64,000 nucleotides of DNA from Klebsormidium nitens (taxonomy: Eukaryota > Plantae > Klebsormidiophyceae), in contig DF237070.1 of the NCBI GenBank assembly GCA_000708835.1, positions 1 to 64,000 of the forward strand, written 5' to 3'. The notes beneath the pieces were generated by a model. It did no database searches and had not been told where the DNA came from. It saw only the letters and a program-made list of their open reading frames with translations. Below are positions 34,701 through 46,700 of this stretch, in pieces. The position numbers and the translations under genes are program-made. Within the stretch, counting starts at the first letter, position 1. Each line of letters starts with the position of its first letter.

Positions 34701-37700
34701 TGGGCGAGACGGGGACGGGCAAGACGCTGAACGTGGCGGATAAGCTATTGAACAAGATGGGCGCGGACACCGTGCCCTTATTCCTCACGTTCAGCGCGCG
34801 CACGAGCGCGAACCAGACGCAGGATCTAATCGATTCGAAGATGGAGAAGCGGAGGAAGGGCGTGTTTGGCCCGCCGAGCGGAAAGAAGTTCGTCGTGTTT
34901 GTCGACGATATGAATATGCCGCAGCGGGAGAAGTATTTCGCGCAGCCGCCGATTGAGATTCTGCGACAGTGGATGGACCATAAGGGTTGGTGAGTGCACG
35001 GGTATACTCCGACTAAAACATGGAAATTATCTTAGGTTTTGCGTCGAAGATATTCCGGGAGGGGTAGACGAATCCCCAGAGCCATCGCACTTTGTCTTCG
35101 CAACGGTCGCGTTCGCGGCCTCCTTTCAATTTCTCGTGCTGAAGGATTCAGGATTCCAGGCATCGTCATTAATGAAATGGTGATATGAATCCTCGAATTT
35201 GTTCAGGAAACACTGAATAAGCTGTCGGTCGGCCCTTGTCAAGAATCGTATCATTCCTTTTCTCCTTTTCCATCACTTCGTGTTGGCACATGAGTCAACA
35301 AGCTGGGTCAATAAAACCTGATGCAATCTGTCTGATTTCATCTCTTTTCCAGTCCGCTTTACTCTTATTTACACCTAGCTTTCCCCCCAGGTACGAGCGC
35401 AAGCCCCCGTGCACCTTCCGCCAGTTGATTGACATCCAGTTCGTCGGCTGTATGGGTCCCCCGGGGGGCGGCCGTAACCCGGTCACTAACCGCTTCCTCC
35501 GCCACTTTAACTTCATCTCCTTCACCGAGATGAGCAACGAGTCGGTGGATCGCATTTTTTCCACGATTCTGGGGGCTACTTTGGAGCGGCGATTCGACCC
35601 CACGGTGCAAGGAGTGAAGGGCCCCGTAGTGGCGGGGACGATCGAGATCTACAACCGGATCAGGAAGGAGCTGCTGCCGACGCCTTCGAAGAGTCACTAT
35701 ACGTTCAACCTGAGAGACCTGAGCAAGGTGGGCTGGCTTCGCTTTTGCATACTCCGACCCGTTTGTGTCGACTTTTACTGTCAACCAAGCCGACCTTTGA
35801 ATTCAGGGCTTTTTCATTGAGGGTAAGGGACTTCTACATGGCCTTACTTGTCAATTCGGAGTCGCTTCCGAGTCGCTTCGCTGAAACGGTGCTTCTTGTT
35901 GTTCTTCTTGTTGTCCTTCTTTTTGTGAGTGACAAATACCCAGGAGGCGTCAACCTTGCCCCCCGTAAGGTTTCAATCGACCCCTTCACCGAGATTTTAC
36001 AACGTCCATAAGTGTTAGAAGGATAAGATTCAAACTAGAACGCGTTAGTGGTATTGACCCGGTAACAATCCAACACCCTGCAAATTGAAACAAAGCCTTC
36101 GACACCTGTCTCTAAACCCGTGCATCTCAAAACCCCGCAGGTCATCCAGGGCGTATTGCGCGCAGACCCGAAGCAGGTGACCGACCCCAAGTCGCTCCTC
36201 AGCCTGTGGCTGCACGAAGCGCAGCGCGTGTTCCAGGATCGTCTCATCAACGACGAGGACCGCGCGTGGTTCCGGCGCGCGCTCGAGGAGCAGCTCGCGC
36301 AGCAGTGCGCGCTGACGTGGGCTGACGTCGTCACGGCGGACCGGCTGATCTACGGGGACTATCTGGTGCCCGGGGCGGAGCCCAAAGTGTACCAGCAGGT
36401 GGGTTACATATTTACTTCTCTTTCTATATGTATTTTCCTGAATATCTTTGTAAACGGTTTTTCCTTTTTCTTTGTTTTCGTTTTTGTTTTTTTGTTTTCC
36501 CGACCCTTTTCCCCGGTCGGTGATGCTCAAGCTATCGACATTTTTGACCCTGGACAATTCGTTTGGCACAGACAGAAGAAATTGCCCGTGTCGTTCTGCA
36601 GTCTTTGGAGTATGCTCAAGAGCTCGAAGAAGCAGACCGGTCACTTGGACGAAGCTTTGCGAAGCCTGGGAGTATCTTGAGAAGTTCTGGTCAAATGAAA
36701 AGACTTTCCGACATCTCTGAGGAAAGAAATGATCGTCTTTCAGTTCTGCTGGTTCAAAAACGATAGGCGTGTCAATCCCCTACTGTAGAAAGCTGCGCAA
36801 CATTCGTTCGGGACCCTCTCAATCTTACCACTTGCACCAAAACAAAAGTGTCGATCTTCAGCACTTGCGTTCCCACCCAGGTGACTGACACCAAGAAACT
36901 GGTTTCGACGATGGAGGAATACCTGGACGACTACAACAGCGTGAGCCAGGCGCCCATGAAGCTGGTCATGTTCCTTGACGCCATCGAACACGTCAGCAGA
37001 ATCTGCCGCGTCATCCGGCTGCCGCTCGGGAACGCGCTGCTGCTGGGCGTCGGCGGGAGCGGGCGGCAGAGCTTGACGCGGCTGGCAACTTATATGGAGG
37101 ACTTCCACTTATTCCAGGTAAAACTATTCGGATTCCTTGGAGAATTAAGTATTTTAATAACTCGATGGACGAGATGCGGAATCATTGACGCGGCTGGCGA
37201 CGCATATGGAGGATTTCCACCTATTCCAGGTGAATATACTGAAATTTCCAATCTTCTGAACATAGTGCGTAATTGACAGTGATGCACGAGTCTGAGGACT
37301 TATGGACGCGGCTGGTCACATATGTTGAGGACTTCCATTTTTCCTGGTCGGCAGAGAATAGACAAATGCCTTCTTCTACAAAGGTCAAAGCGGGACTGTA
37401 AGGGTAGACTACAAGAGAACTACGAGTGCTTTCAGATAGGAGCGCAAACATAGGCCGCCCGAGTCGGAGTCAGGAGCGTGAGGAGGAGGCACAAACAGTC
37501 AAGTGAGGGAGAAAAACACAAAGCGGACACTCTTCAACGGGCGCAATCAGCACTAATTCAAAGCAAGTCGTGGCAGCTTATATACTCCTCGCTCGACAAT
37601 CTTTTATTGATTTGAAGTTCAAGGATGCGACAATATGCTCATAGTGGGGCCCTTCTGCTGACGTCAACTCCGCTGACGTCACGCAGATCGAGATCGCGAA

Positions 37701-40700
37701 GGGGTACGGCCCGAACGAGTGGCGCGAGGACCTGAAGCGCGTGCTCATGAAGGCGGGGCTGGAGGGCAAGGAGACGACGTTCCTGTTTACGGACACGCAG
37801 ATCGTCGTCGAGTCGTTCCTGGAGGACATCAATAACATCCTCAACAGCGGCGAGGTGGGCTTCAAAGTTCTAGGGAATCAAGGATTCAGAAGTTTTGGTT
37901 CTTGAATTTTCGGGTACGTACGCGGGGCAGGGAGACGACGTTTTGTGCATCTGCACACAGAGTGTCGTCGAGTCGTTCCTGGAGGACATCAACAACATCC
38001 TCAACAGCGGCGAGGTGGGTTTTCAGAAGGCATAGGTTCTGAGGGTTAGATTTTACAAGTTTTGATACTTCAGCTTTATCGGTGTGTGGGCTGGAGGGTA
38101 AGGAAATGACGTCTTGTAACCGTTACGCATCCCTTCGTCGAGTTTCGTCTTGGACTCACGATCAACAGCATCGTTAAGCGGCGGCGAGATAGGGGCCTAC
38201 CCTTGAAGCATTTTGAAAAATTGCGGTGGTAAAAAAGTGGACCCCGGCTCGCGGTTGCAGCTCAAAACCCCTTGCTAAGAGTCAGTCGTGATTCCCCGCC
38301 GCAGTCCGTTTTCCTGCTTCCCAATTTAGAGAAACAGGGCTTCGATGCGGGTTAAACAAGCTCTTTGCCAACCACCTCCTTGTGCACTTATGGACGCTTG
38401 AGCGCAAGTTGCGATACCCCCGCTGAAGTCCCTCTCTCTCCTTGATCAGGTGCTCAAGCTGCGGAAGAATAAACTTACTACTCGAGATGCGAACCGAGCG
38501 AACAATCTGCAAGCAATGAATTTTAAAATTCAAGGCTCGCTAACCCTGGGTTTTCTTTGACGTTAGGTGCCTAACCTGTGGAAAACCGAGGACACGGAGG
38601 CGATCGCGAACGGCATGCGGCCGATCATGCAGCAGCTGGGGCTGCCCATCACCAAGATGGCCCTGCAAACCCAGTTTATCCGGCGGGTTAGGAGTAACCT
38701 GCACCTGGTTATCTGCATGAGCCCCATCGGCGACGCGTTCCGCACGCGGCTGCGCATGTTCCCGTCGCTCGTCAACTGCTGCACCATCGACTGGTTCTCC
38801 GAGTGGCCCAACGAGGCGCTCAAAAGGTGCGCAGAATTTAGGATCTGAGTTTTGGGTGTTGGATTCTGGTTTTCGTTACTCCAAATGTAAGGTTCTGACG
38901 ACTTCGGGGTTTTCAGCGTAGAATAATATGGAGTCAAATTGCGCAGGTTGCCAGTTTTCTCGATTGCTGCGCAAGTGAATAAAAGCGTATCCTAATCGAG
39001 CCCTTTGTCTTTGCAGTGTGGCGCACTCGTTCTTCTCGGACGCTGTCCAAATGGCGTCGCCCGAGCAGACGTCCGCGATCGTAGACACGTGCGTGTTCAT
39101 TCACCAGTCCGTCGAACGCACATCCAAGGACTTCTTCGAGGAGCTGCGCCGGTGAGCAGAATAGTGCCTCAATTTGGCAGCACTTGTCCATACTTATCGC
39201 GGGAGACGGAAGTACAGGCACGCTTAGATCGTCATTCATACTCGGACATTGTTCTTGAGTTGCTGGTCGAGGCCGACCCAATTCCTGCTGAGTCTGCTTG
39301 TAAAAAGCAAAGCAACAGAGAGATAGATCCAAACACTGAAATGTAAGTTGTCAAATGGACGGTTTACATCCTTGCTGACAACCTTGAAGTAATCTATTCT
39401 ATGCCCACCAGCTGATTACGTTATCCAACTAAACCTCTCTCTAACCGTCCTTAACTCTCCCCCTAAACCAGGTGTAAAAAGCACAACGTGCCCACCAGCT
39501 ACCTAGGCTTTGCAGCAAAACTTCACAAGTTGTAATGTGACAAACCCCAGTTTTCCGGTCTAATCTCACAACAACTTCTCAACCCGTCATACAAATCCAG
39601 GTACAACCACGTCACGCCCACGAGCTACCTCGAACTCCTAACCACCTTCATCGAGCTAGCTTCCGAGAATTACTGATCTCTGGTCCGACCATGTCAATCC
39701 TCTCGAAACCACGTTCTAACCCAGGTACAACTACGTCACGCCCACGAGCTACCTCGAGCTCCTGACCACCTTCATCAAGCTCGTATCCGAGAAGCGCGCC
39801 GAGATCGAGCAGCTGCGCTCGCGCTTATCCATCGGGCTCGATAAGCTATTGAGCACGGCCGCCCAGGTCGAGGTCATGCAGAAGGAGCTGACGGAACTGC
39901 AGCCGGTTCTGGTCGTTACCGCCAAGGAGGTGGAAGATATGATGGTAACCATTACCGCGGACAAGGCATCAGCGGACGCAACCAAGCAGCAGGTGGCGGT
40001 GCAGGAGGCGGAGGCGACCGCGCAGGTGAGGGCACCGCTCTTGGTCAACGAACTTCCGTCGTCGAGTATTTGGCAAAGCGACCATTTTGAAGAAAACACA
40101 GTTACTCAGGAAGGGGGGAATGGAAATCAAAGATCTTTGAGCGGGTGATGCTAATCTGCATGCGGAATTGCAACCAGGCGCCTTTTTGTGCGAGTGATGT
40201 TCTGGCCAATTCGGTTAAGTCGTGGCGGGGGTTTGCGCATTCGGGTTTTGAGATTTCCCGATCAGCGGCGTTCGCTGCCTTTCAAGGGAGAGCGGAACGG
40301 GGTTCTTAGCCCCATCAAATCCGCGCAATATTTCTGACGTCGAGAACACCGAAGGCCGAAGCGAAGGGCGACTCCACGCGATTTGCACGCCAAGCGGGCT
40401 GAAAAACTGAACGTCTTTTCACGTCTTTTCCGCTCCGCAGGCAACGGAAGCCAAGGGCATCGCGGATTCCGCCCAGCGCGACCTGGACCAGGCGCTCCCC
40501 GCTCTAGATGCCGCGGTGGCCAGCCTCAAGAACCTGACGCGGAATGATATCGTGGAGGTGAAGAGTCTGCGGAATCCGCCGGAAGGCGTGAAGCTGGTCA
40601 TGGAGGCGTGCTGCATCATGTTTCAACAACAGCCCAAGATGGTGGCGGATCCTAACAAGGTGAGGGGTTGGTTTCGGCGACCGTAGAGCATGTCTTCGAG

Positions 40701-43700
40701 CTTCAAGGTCGCCGTTTTAGGCGTGCCACGAGCTGATTATGAGAGCGGACTACATCGTAAAGAACTCCTCAACCTTGTGGTTTTTGGAATGTTGGTCTTA
40801 AAGCTTGCAGGACTTCCCAACTTTCAAGGCACAGAAAGCTCAATGGACTTCCCACCCTTTGATAACATGCCCTTGTGCGGTCCTGGAGGTTTTGGATTAG
40901 AAGCTTGCCCGATTTGTCTGGATTCCGCGCAATGGAAATAAAGACGAATGTGGGACGAAGCGCTTCGAAGTGGACTGGCAGTGACAGAAATGTGATTGGA
41001 ACGCGGCTGCCAAATCGGCCGGCTGCTGAGCGCCGGTCTCACTTCCCGTTCCCAGGCCTTCCGTTCCAGTCTCTCCCATTTGTTTTCGGTTTCGCTGCCG
41101 GAAGTACCGTCATTTTGTAAGTGGCCGACGCTTCCTGTTTCCTTCTTTCCTGGTCACCTCGCTCCGCTAGATCCACCCGCGTTCCATTCTCTTCCGCTGA
41201 GTCTTCCGTTCCGCTGCCGCAGGTCGGGAAGAAGATGGCGGACTACTGGGAGCCCAGCACGAAGATGCTGAACGACCCGACCAAGTTTCTGGACAGCCTG
41301 CTGACGTTCGACAAGGACAACATCCCGGAGGCGGTCATCCAGAAGATCGAGCCGTACATCGGCATGGAGAACTTCACCCCGGAACAGGTGCGAAAGATCC
41401 GGCGTCGAAAATAAATGGCATTACTGAGCTCAGGCGTGCTTCGGAAGGGACTCATTTACTAGTGCAGAAGGGCAAAGCAAACCCTCCGAAGGAGGGGTCA
41501 TTATTCTCTCTCTCCTTTTCTCTCCCTTTTTCTCTTTATAGTTCCTATTTCAGAACCGAAGTCTTTTACCCTTAGGAGCATATTGCCTGGCAAAACGGCC
41601 GGTTTATAGGAGCAGTGGCGGGGTGTTTCTCAGTCCATGATTGTGCATCTTCGGATTGTGTTTCTGCCCTCTCTAGTTCCTTCAAGTTGCACCAGCAGGT
41701 AGTGGGCGAGTCTCGATTTCGTGCACATTCGGGTGCGCAACGCACGATCGAATCAACGTCGCCAGGTCCTTGGCACGCTGTTCAAACCTCACTTTCAAAT
41801 TCCCTGAGCCAATATCAAACCTAACCCCGCAGGTCAAGCGCGTGTCGGCCGCGTCCATCTGCACAAGTAGTTGCGCACAACGCATACGTCTTGCAAACGC
41901 CGCCAAGACTGTGTCTCTTGACAAATCAGTGGATCGCTCAGTACCATAACTTCGAACCTCTAACCCTTGGAATCCGCGTAACCCCGCAGGTTAAGCGCGT
42001 GTCGACCGCGTGCACCTCCATCGGCATATCGGTGCGTGCGAAGCACACGTGGTACACAGCAGTCCCGCGTGAAATGTTCAACACCTTTTAAACCTTTGCT
42101 ATAGTCCTAATACCCCTGAACCTCTTAAACCCCTTAACCTCCCTAACCCCGCAGGTCAAGCGCGTCTCGACCGCGTGCACGTCCATCTGCATGTGGGTGC
42201 GCGCGATGCACACGTACTACAACGTCGCGAAATCCGTCGCGCCCAAGCGCGCGCAGCTCGCGGAGGCAAACGCGAAATTAGAGGTGACGATGGGCCAGCT
42301 GCGAGTCGCGCAGGCGACGTTGAAGGAGGTGGAGGATCGGATCGCGGGATTGGAGGCGCAGCTCGCGGCCGCGGTCGCCAAGAAGGACGAGCTCGCGAAG
42401 CAGGTGCGCGGTTCGGAGGGGCGACCAGATAGGGTTTTGGATTCGGCGGAAGGGTTTTACGGGTTTACAGGTTTTTGTAGAACGCGGTTGTGTGCCGAAG
42501 ACCTGAAATCTGGGGAGCGCTCGAATGGAAGACCTGCTGTGCAACTCTTGTAAAGTGATCACCCTCGTCTAATCAGTGTCGCCGGGTGCAACTCTGCGAC
42601 TCTGACAGCGTGCTAAGCCCTGACACTATCAAACCCTTCATACCAGACCTGCTGTTAGTCGCCAGCGCTTTTGTCGTTCTCCGGTCTCGTTGCCTTCACT
42701 AGATGCTCAGCACTTTTTGAAGCAACTTTTTCTGCTAACCTTCTTTGACTCTGTGACCCATTTCCATCAATGAAACAGCATCCAAATCTCCTAACCCGCC
42801 AGCTTCGACCCCTAAAACCCTTCCTATCCTTGGACCCGGATCTAAACACCTCCCAACCCGCTTCCGCAGGCAAGCGACTGCACGGTCAAGCTCGAGCGCG
42901 CGGAGAAGCTCATCGGCGGTCTCGGCGGGGAAAAGCTCCGCTGGACCGAGAGTGTGAAAAACCTCACCGCCCAGCTAGACTCCGTAGTGGGCGACGTAGT
43001 GGTCGCCTCTGGCGCGATCGCCTATCTGGGCCCATTCACACCGAACTACCGCAGCCGGTTACAGGAGGAGTGGTTAGCGCGGTTAAAGGAGCTCAGTGTG
43101 CCGCACACGGCTGGAGCGGACCTGAAGGGCGTTTTGCAGGACCCGGTTTTGGTGCGGATGTGGAACATCGCAGGGCTGCCCAGTGATGACGCCAGCATCG
43201 AGAACGGAATCATCGTGTCCAAGGCGCGGCGCTGGCCGCTGTTCATTGACCCGCAGGTGTGTTAGGGAGAACCCGTACTTGGATTTGCGGTTTCTCAGTC
43301 ACGGTCTTCGTTTGATTTTCGGGTTACAAAAAGATTTGCTTCGAGTAAAACGTGCAAGGCTTCGCTAAAGCATCCCCTTTCCGGGTCGTACACCGGAACA
43401 AAGCTAGATCTTTACCAAATGCCAGACTTGCTGTTGGGACTATACTGTTGACAAGCCGACTTTCTTTGTTGTATTGTGCAAGCAGTCACTGTATCGTTGC
43501 TTCGGATCAGAGAGATCTGATCCACAGAAAGAGACTCATCAATGATTGAAAATGCTGAAGTAGGCGACAGGAAAACTCCGACTGCCTCAGGCCCAAAAGA
43601 CAGTCGATTTCGGCCAATCTTCGATCCAGTAGAATACTCGGTGTTCGTATAAATCTCTTACCCTAACCGGTCTCTCTCGTTCTCTCTCTTTCAGGGCCAA

Positions 43701-46700
43701 GCCAACAAGTGGATCAAGGCCATGTTCAAGGAGACGGGGCTCGACGTCATCAAGCTCTCGGATAAGGACTTTTTGCGGACGCTCGAGAACGGCGTCCGCT
43801 TCGGACGGGCGGTCCTGCTCGAGAACATCCTGGAAACCCTGGAACCGGCGCTAGAACCATTGCTTCTGAAGCAGACGTTCAAGCAGGGCGGGAGCGAAGT
43901 GATCAAGATCGGGGATAATATCATTCCGTACCATCCGGACTTCCGGTTCTACATGACGACCAAGCTGCGGAACCCGCACTACCCGCCGGAGGTGAGAAAT
44001 GCACCGGAACATTGTCCTGTGACGTTCGATCTCTGAACCTCAGAAAAGGGCCGCGAAGACTTTTTTGTGCTCGAGATGGGTCTTAGGGAGACCATCTTGA
44101 GCTTTTCTATTTTGCTTTCCAGCAACTGACGTTCTGCTTTTCGCTTTTGCCTTTAGTTGACTTCGGAGAAGTCACAGTTTCTCCGCTTAAAAATTCTTCG
44201 AAAGGATGATGCACGATTAACGTCAGCCGTTCCAAACCCCGTCTACCCAGCAGGTGCCCGTCAAAAGCCCCCTCCTTACACGATCGGGGAAAGGAGAGAC
44301 CAATTCAGAAATCAATAGACGCTTCAAATCGATGCCAGAATCACAAGTCGTTCAAACCTCCCAGAAAACCCAGCTGGCTGAACCGCGTACGCTCTGCTCA
44401 ACTTTTTCGTGACGCCGGAGGGGCTCGAGAATTATTTGCTGGAACTTAGACGCCTTTGCTTATGTCAGTCCCGCAGAACGCTTAGACTTAACAAGATGCT
44501 CACCTCCTGGATTGATGATCTCTTAACCCTCTCATCTTATAACCTTTGCAGGTGTCTGTCAAAGTGTCCAAGCTGAACTTCTTCGGGGTACCGGAACCAT
44601 TGAAGCATCTGCGGAACCAGTCGAAGCTTAACAAATGCTCAACCCGCAGATTGTCCAGATCTGCTCTACACATCTTCAATCTCCAAACCTTGCAGGTGTC
44701 CGTCAAAGTGTCGCTGCTCAACTTTTTCGTAACGCCGGAGGGGCTGGAGGACCAGCTGCTGGGGCAGGTGGTGACGCAGGAGCGCCCGGATTTGGCGGAG
44801 ATGAAGAACCAGCTGGTTCTGTCCAACGCGAGCATGAAGAAGGAGCTGAAAGAGATCGAGGACAAGATCCTGCAGCTGCTCTCCAACTCGCAGGTGAGCG
44901 GAGTCGGGCAGAATCATCCAGCGGAACCGGAATGGTTCGAGGGGCGAGAGTGGGGTTCAAAGGGGAATGCTTTTGTCGAATCTAGATATTGCAAAAGGAC
45001 TTGAGATTTTTTTAGGGTTTTAGGGAAATAGGGATCCTGCAGCTGGCTCAAACTCGCAGGTGACCGGAACCTAGCGGAACCGGAATGGTTCGAGGGTCTA
45101 GAGGAAGTTCATAGTGAGTCTTCCCTTCTTCAACGCTACGGGCTTACGAAAGACGGTACTTCGGTTAGCATCTTCAATGACGGTGAACGTACGATACTCT
45201 TCGCGCCGCAAGCGATTTAGAAGCGAAATTTCTGGTTTGTCAGATAGGTTTGAAGAAGCCCGTTGCAAATTAATTTGCAGCAGTCCAAGACATTCCGCAG
45301 AATGCAATTTTGGCTCCGAAGGGCGATCCGGTGGCTTCGGGCTTTGGATATAGGTCTTATAGGTATGTTGTTTGGCAACCCCCAAGAAAGGTGAACTGGA
45401 AAGAATGCCAATTGCCAGGGCCACAAGCTGGTTTGTGGGCGTTTTACAATGCGAGTAGCACGTTCCAATCAAAGTAAAGGTACGCAACTTTGCTTGTACC
45501 AACAACCAGAAGCCCTGAGTTTCTGACGCATAGGATTCATTGAGGCCTCGTTGCTTGCGCGCAGGGCAACATTCTGGACGACGAGGTGCTGATCAACACG
45601 CTGGCCAAGTCCAAGGTCACGTCCAACGAGATCGCGGTCAAGGTCGCGGAGGCCGAGAAAACCGAGAAGGAGATCGACGTAACGCGCGAGGTGTACCGCC
45701 CCGTGGCGTTACGCGCGTCGCTGCTCTTCTTCTGCATAAGCGACCTGGCGACCGTAGATCCTATGTACCAGTATAGCCTGGCGTGGTTCATCAACTTATT
45801 CATAAAGTGCATCGACGAAGCGCCAAAAGCGGAGACGGTCGAAGAGCGTATCGGGGTCCTGAACGAGCACTTCATGTATAGCTTATACGTCAACGTGTGC
45901 CGGAGCCTGTTCGAGAAGCATAAGCTGATGTTCAGCCTTATGCTCACGGTCAAGATCCTCCAGGTGGGTGACGCGATCCTATCGTCATGTTTAAAGGTTA
46001 TTTTTGGTGCTTCTGTGAATGGTCGGTGGCTGAGAATGATTGGAAACGTCGACGTGTGAAGAGTCCGCATAGGTTCCTGCAAAGTTCTTCTTGCTCGCCC
46101 TAATCCGGGTAGCCATTTCTATGGAAGCGCCGCAGGCTTTCCAAATCTGGTTAAGGAGACAGAAGGCGCGGTACCTAGAAGGTTCCCGTTTTTAAAGGTA
46201 CCCGCAAAGCTGCTCTCTTGTATGAATTTGTAAGGGCTTATTTAAACTTGCAGATTTTCAGATGAGTTTAGGACCCAGATTCCAGACCGGTCTGCTGGCA
46301 TTGGACCATATGCATCACAACCTCGCCAACCCATTCACTTTTGCATTTCACAAACTCATCATGAGATTCAACCAGGAAATTTTCTGCTCTCCCAGGAGCG
46401 GAACGAGGTCGACCCCGCGGAATGGCGCTTCCTCCTCGCGGGCGCGACGGACTCGACGCTGGACCGCCCCAACCCGGCGCCCGAGTGGCTCACCGAAAAG
46501 GCCTGGGTCGAGATCCTAAACCTCTCCAAACTCGAGAGGTTTAAGGGTTTCCAGACCCACGTGGCCGCGCACGTGCGGCATTACAAGGCGTACTTCGATT
46601 CGTCGGACGCGCACAGAGAAAAGTTGGCGGGCGAGTGGGAGGAGAAGCTGACGCGGCTGCAGAAGCTGCTGGTCGTGCGGTGCTTCCGCGTGGACAAGGC

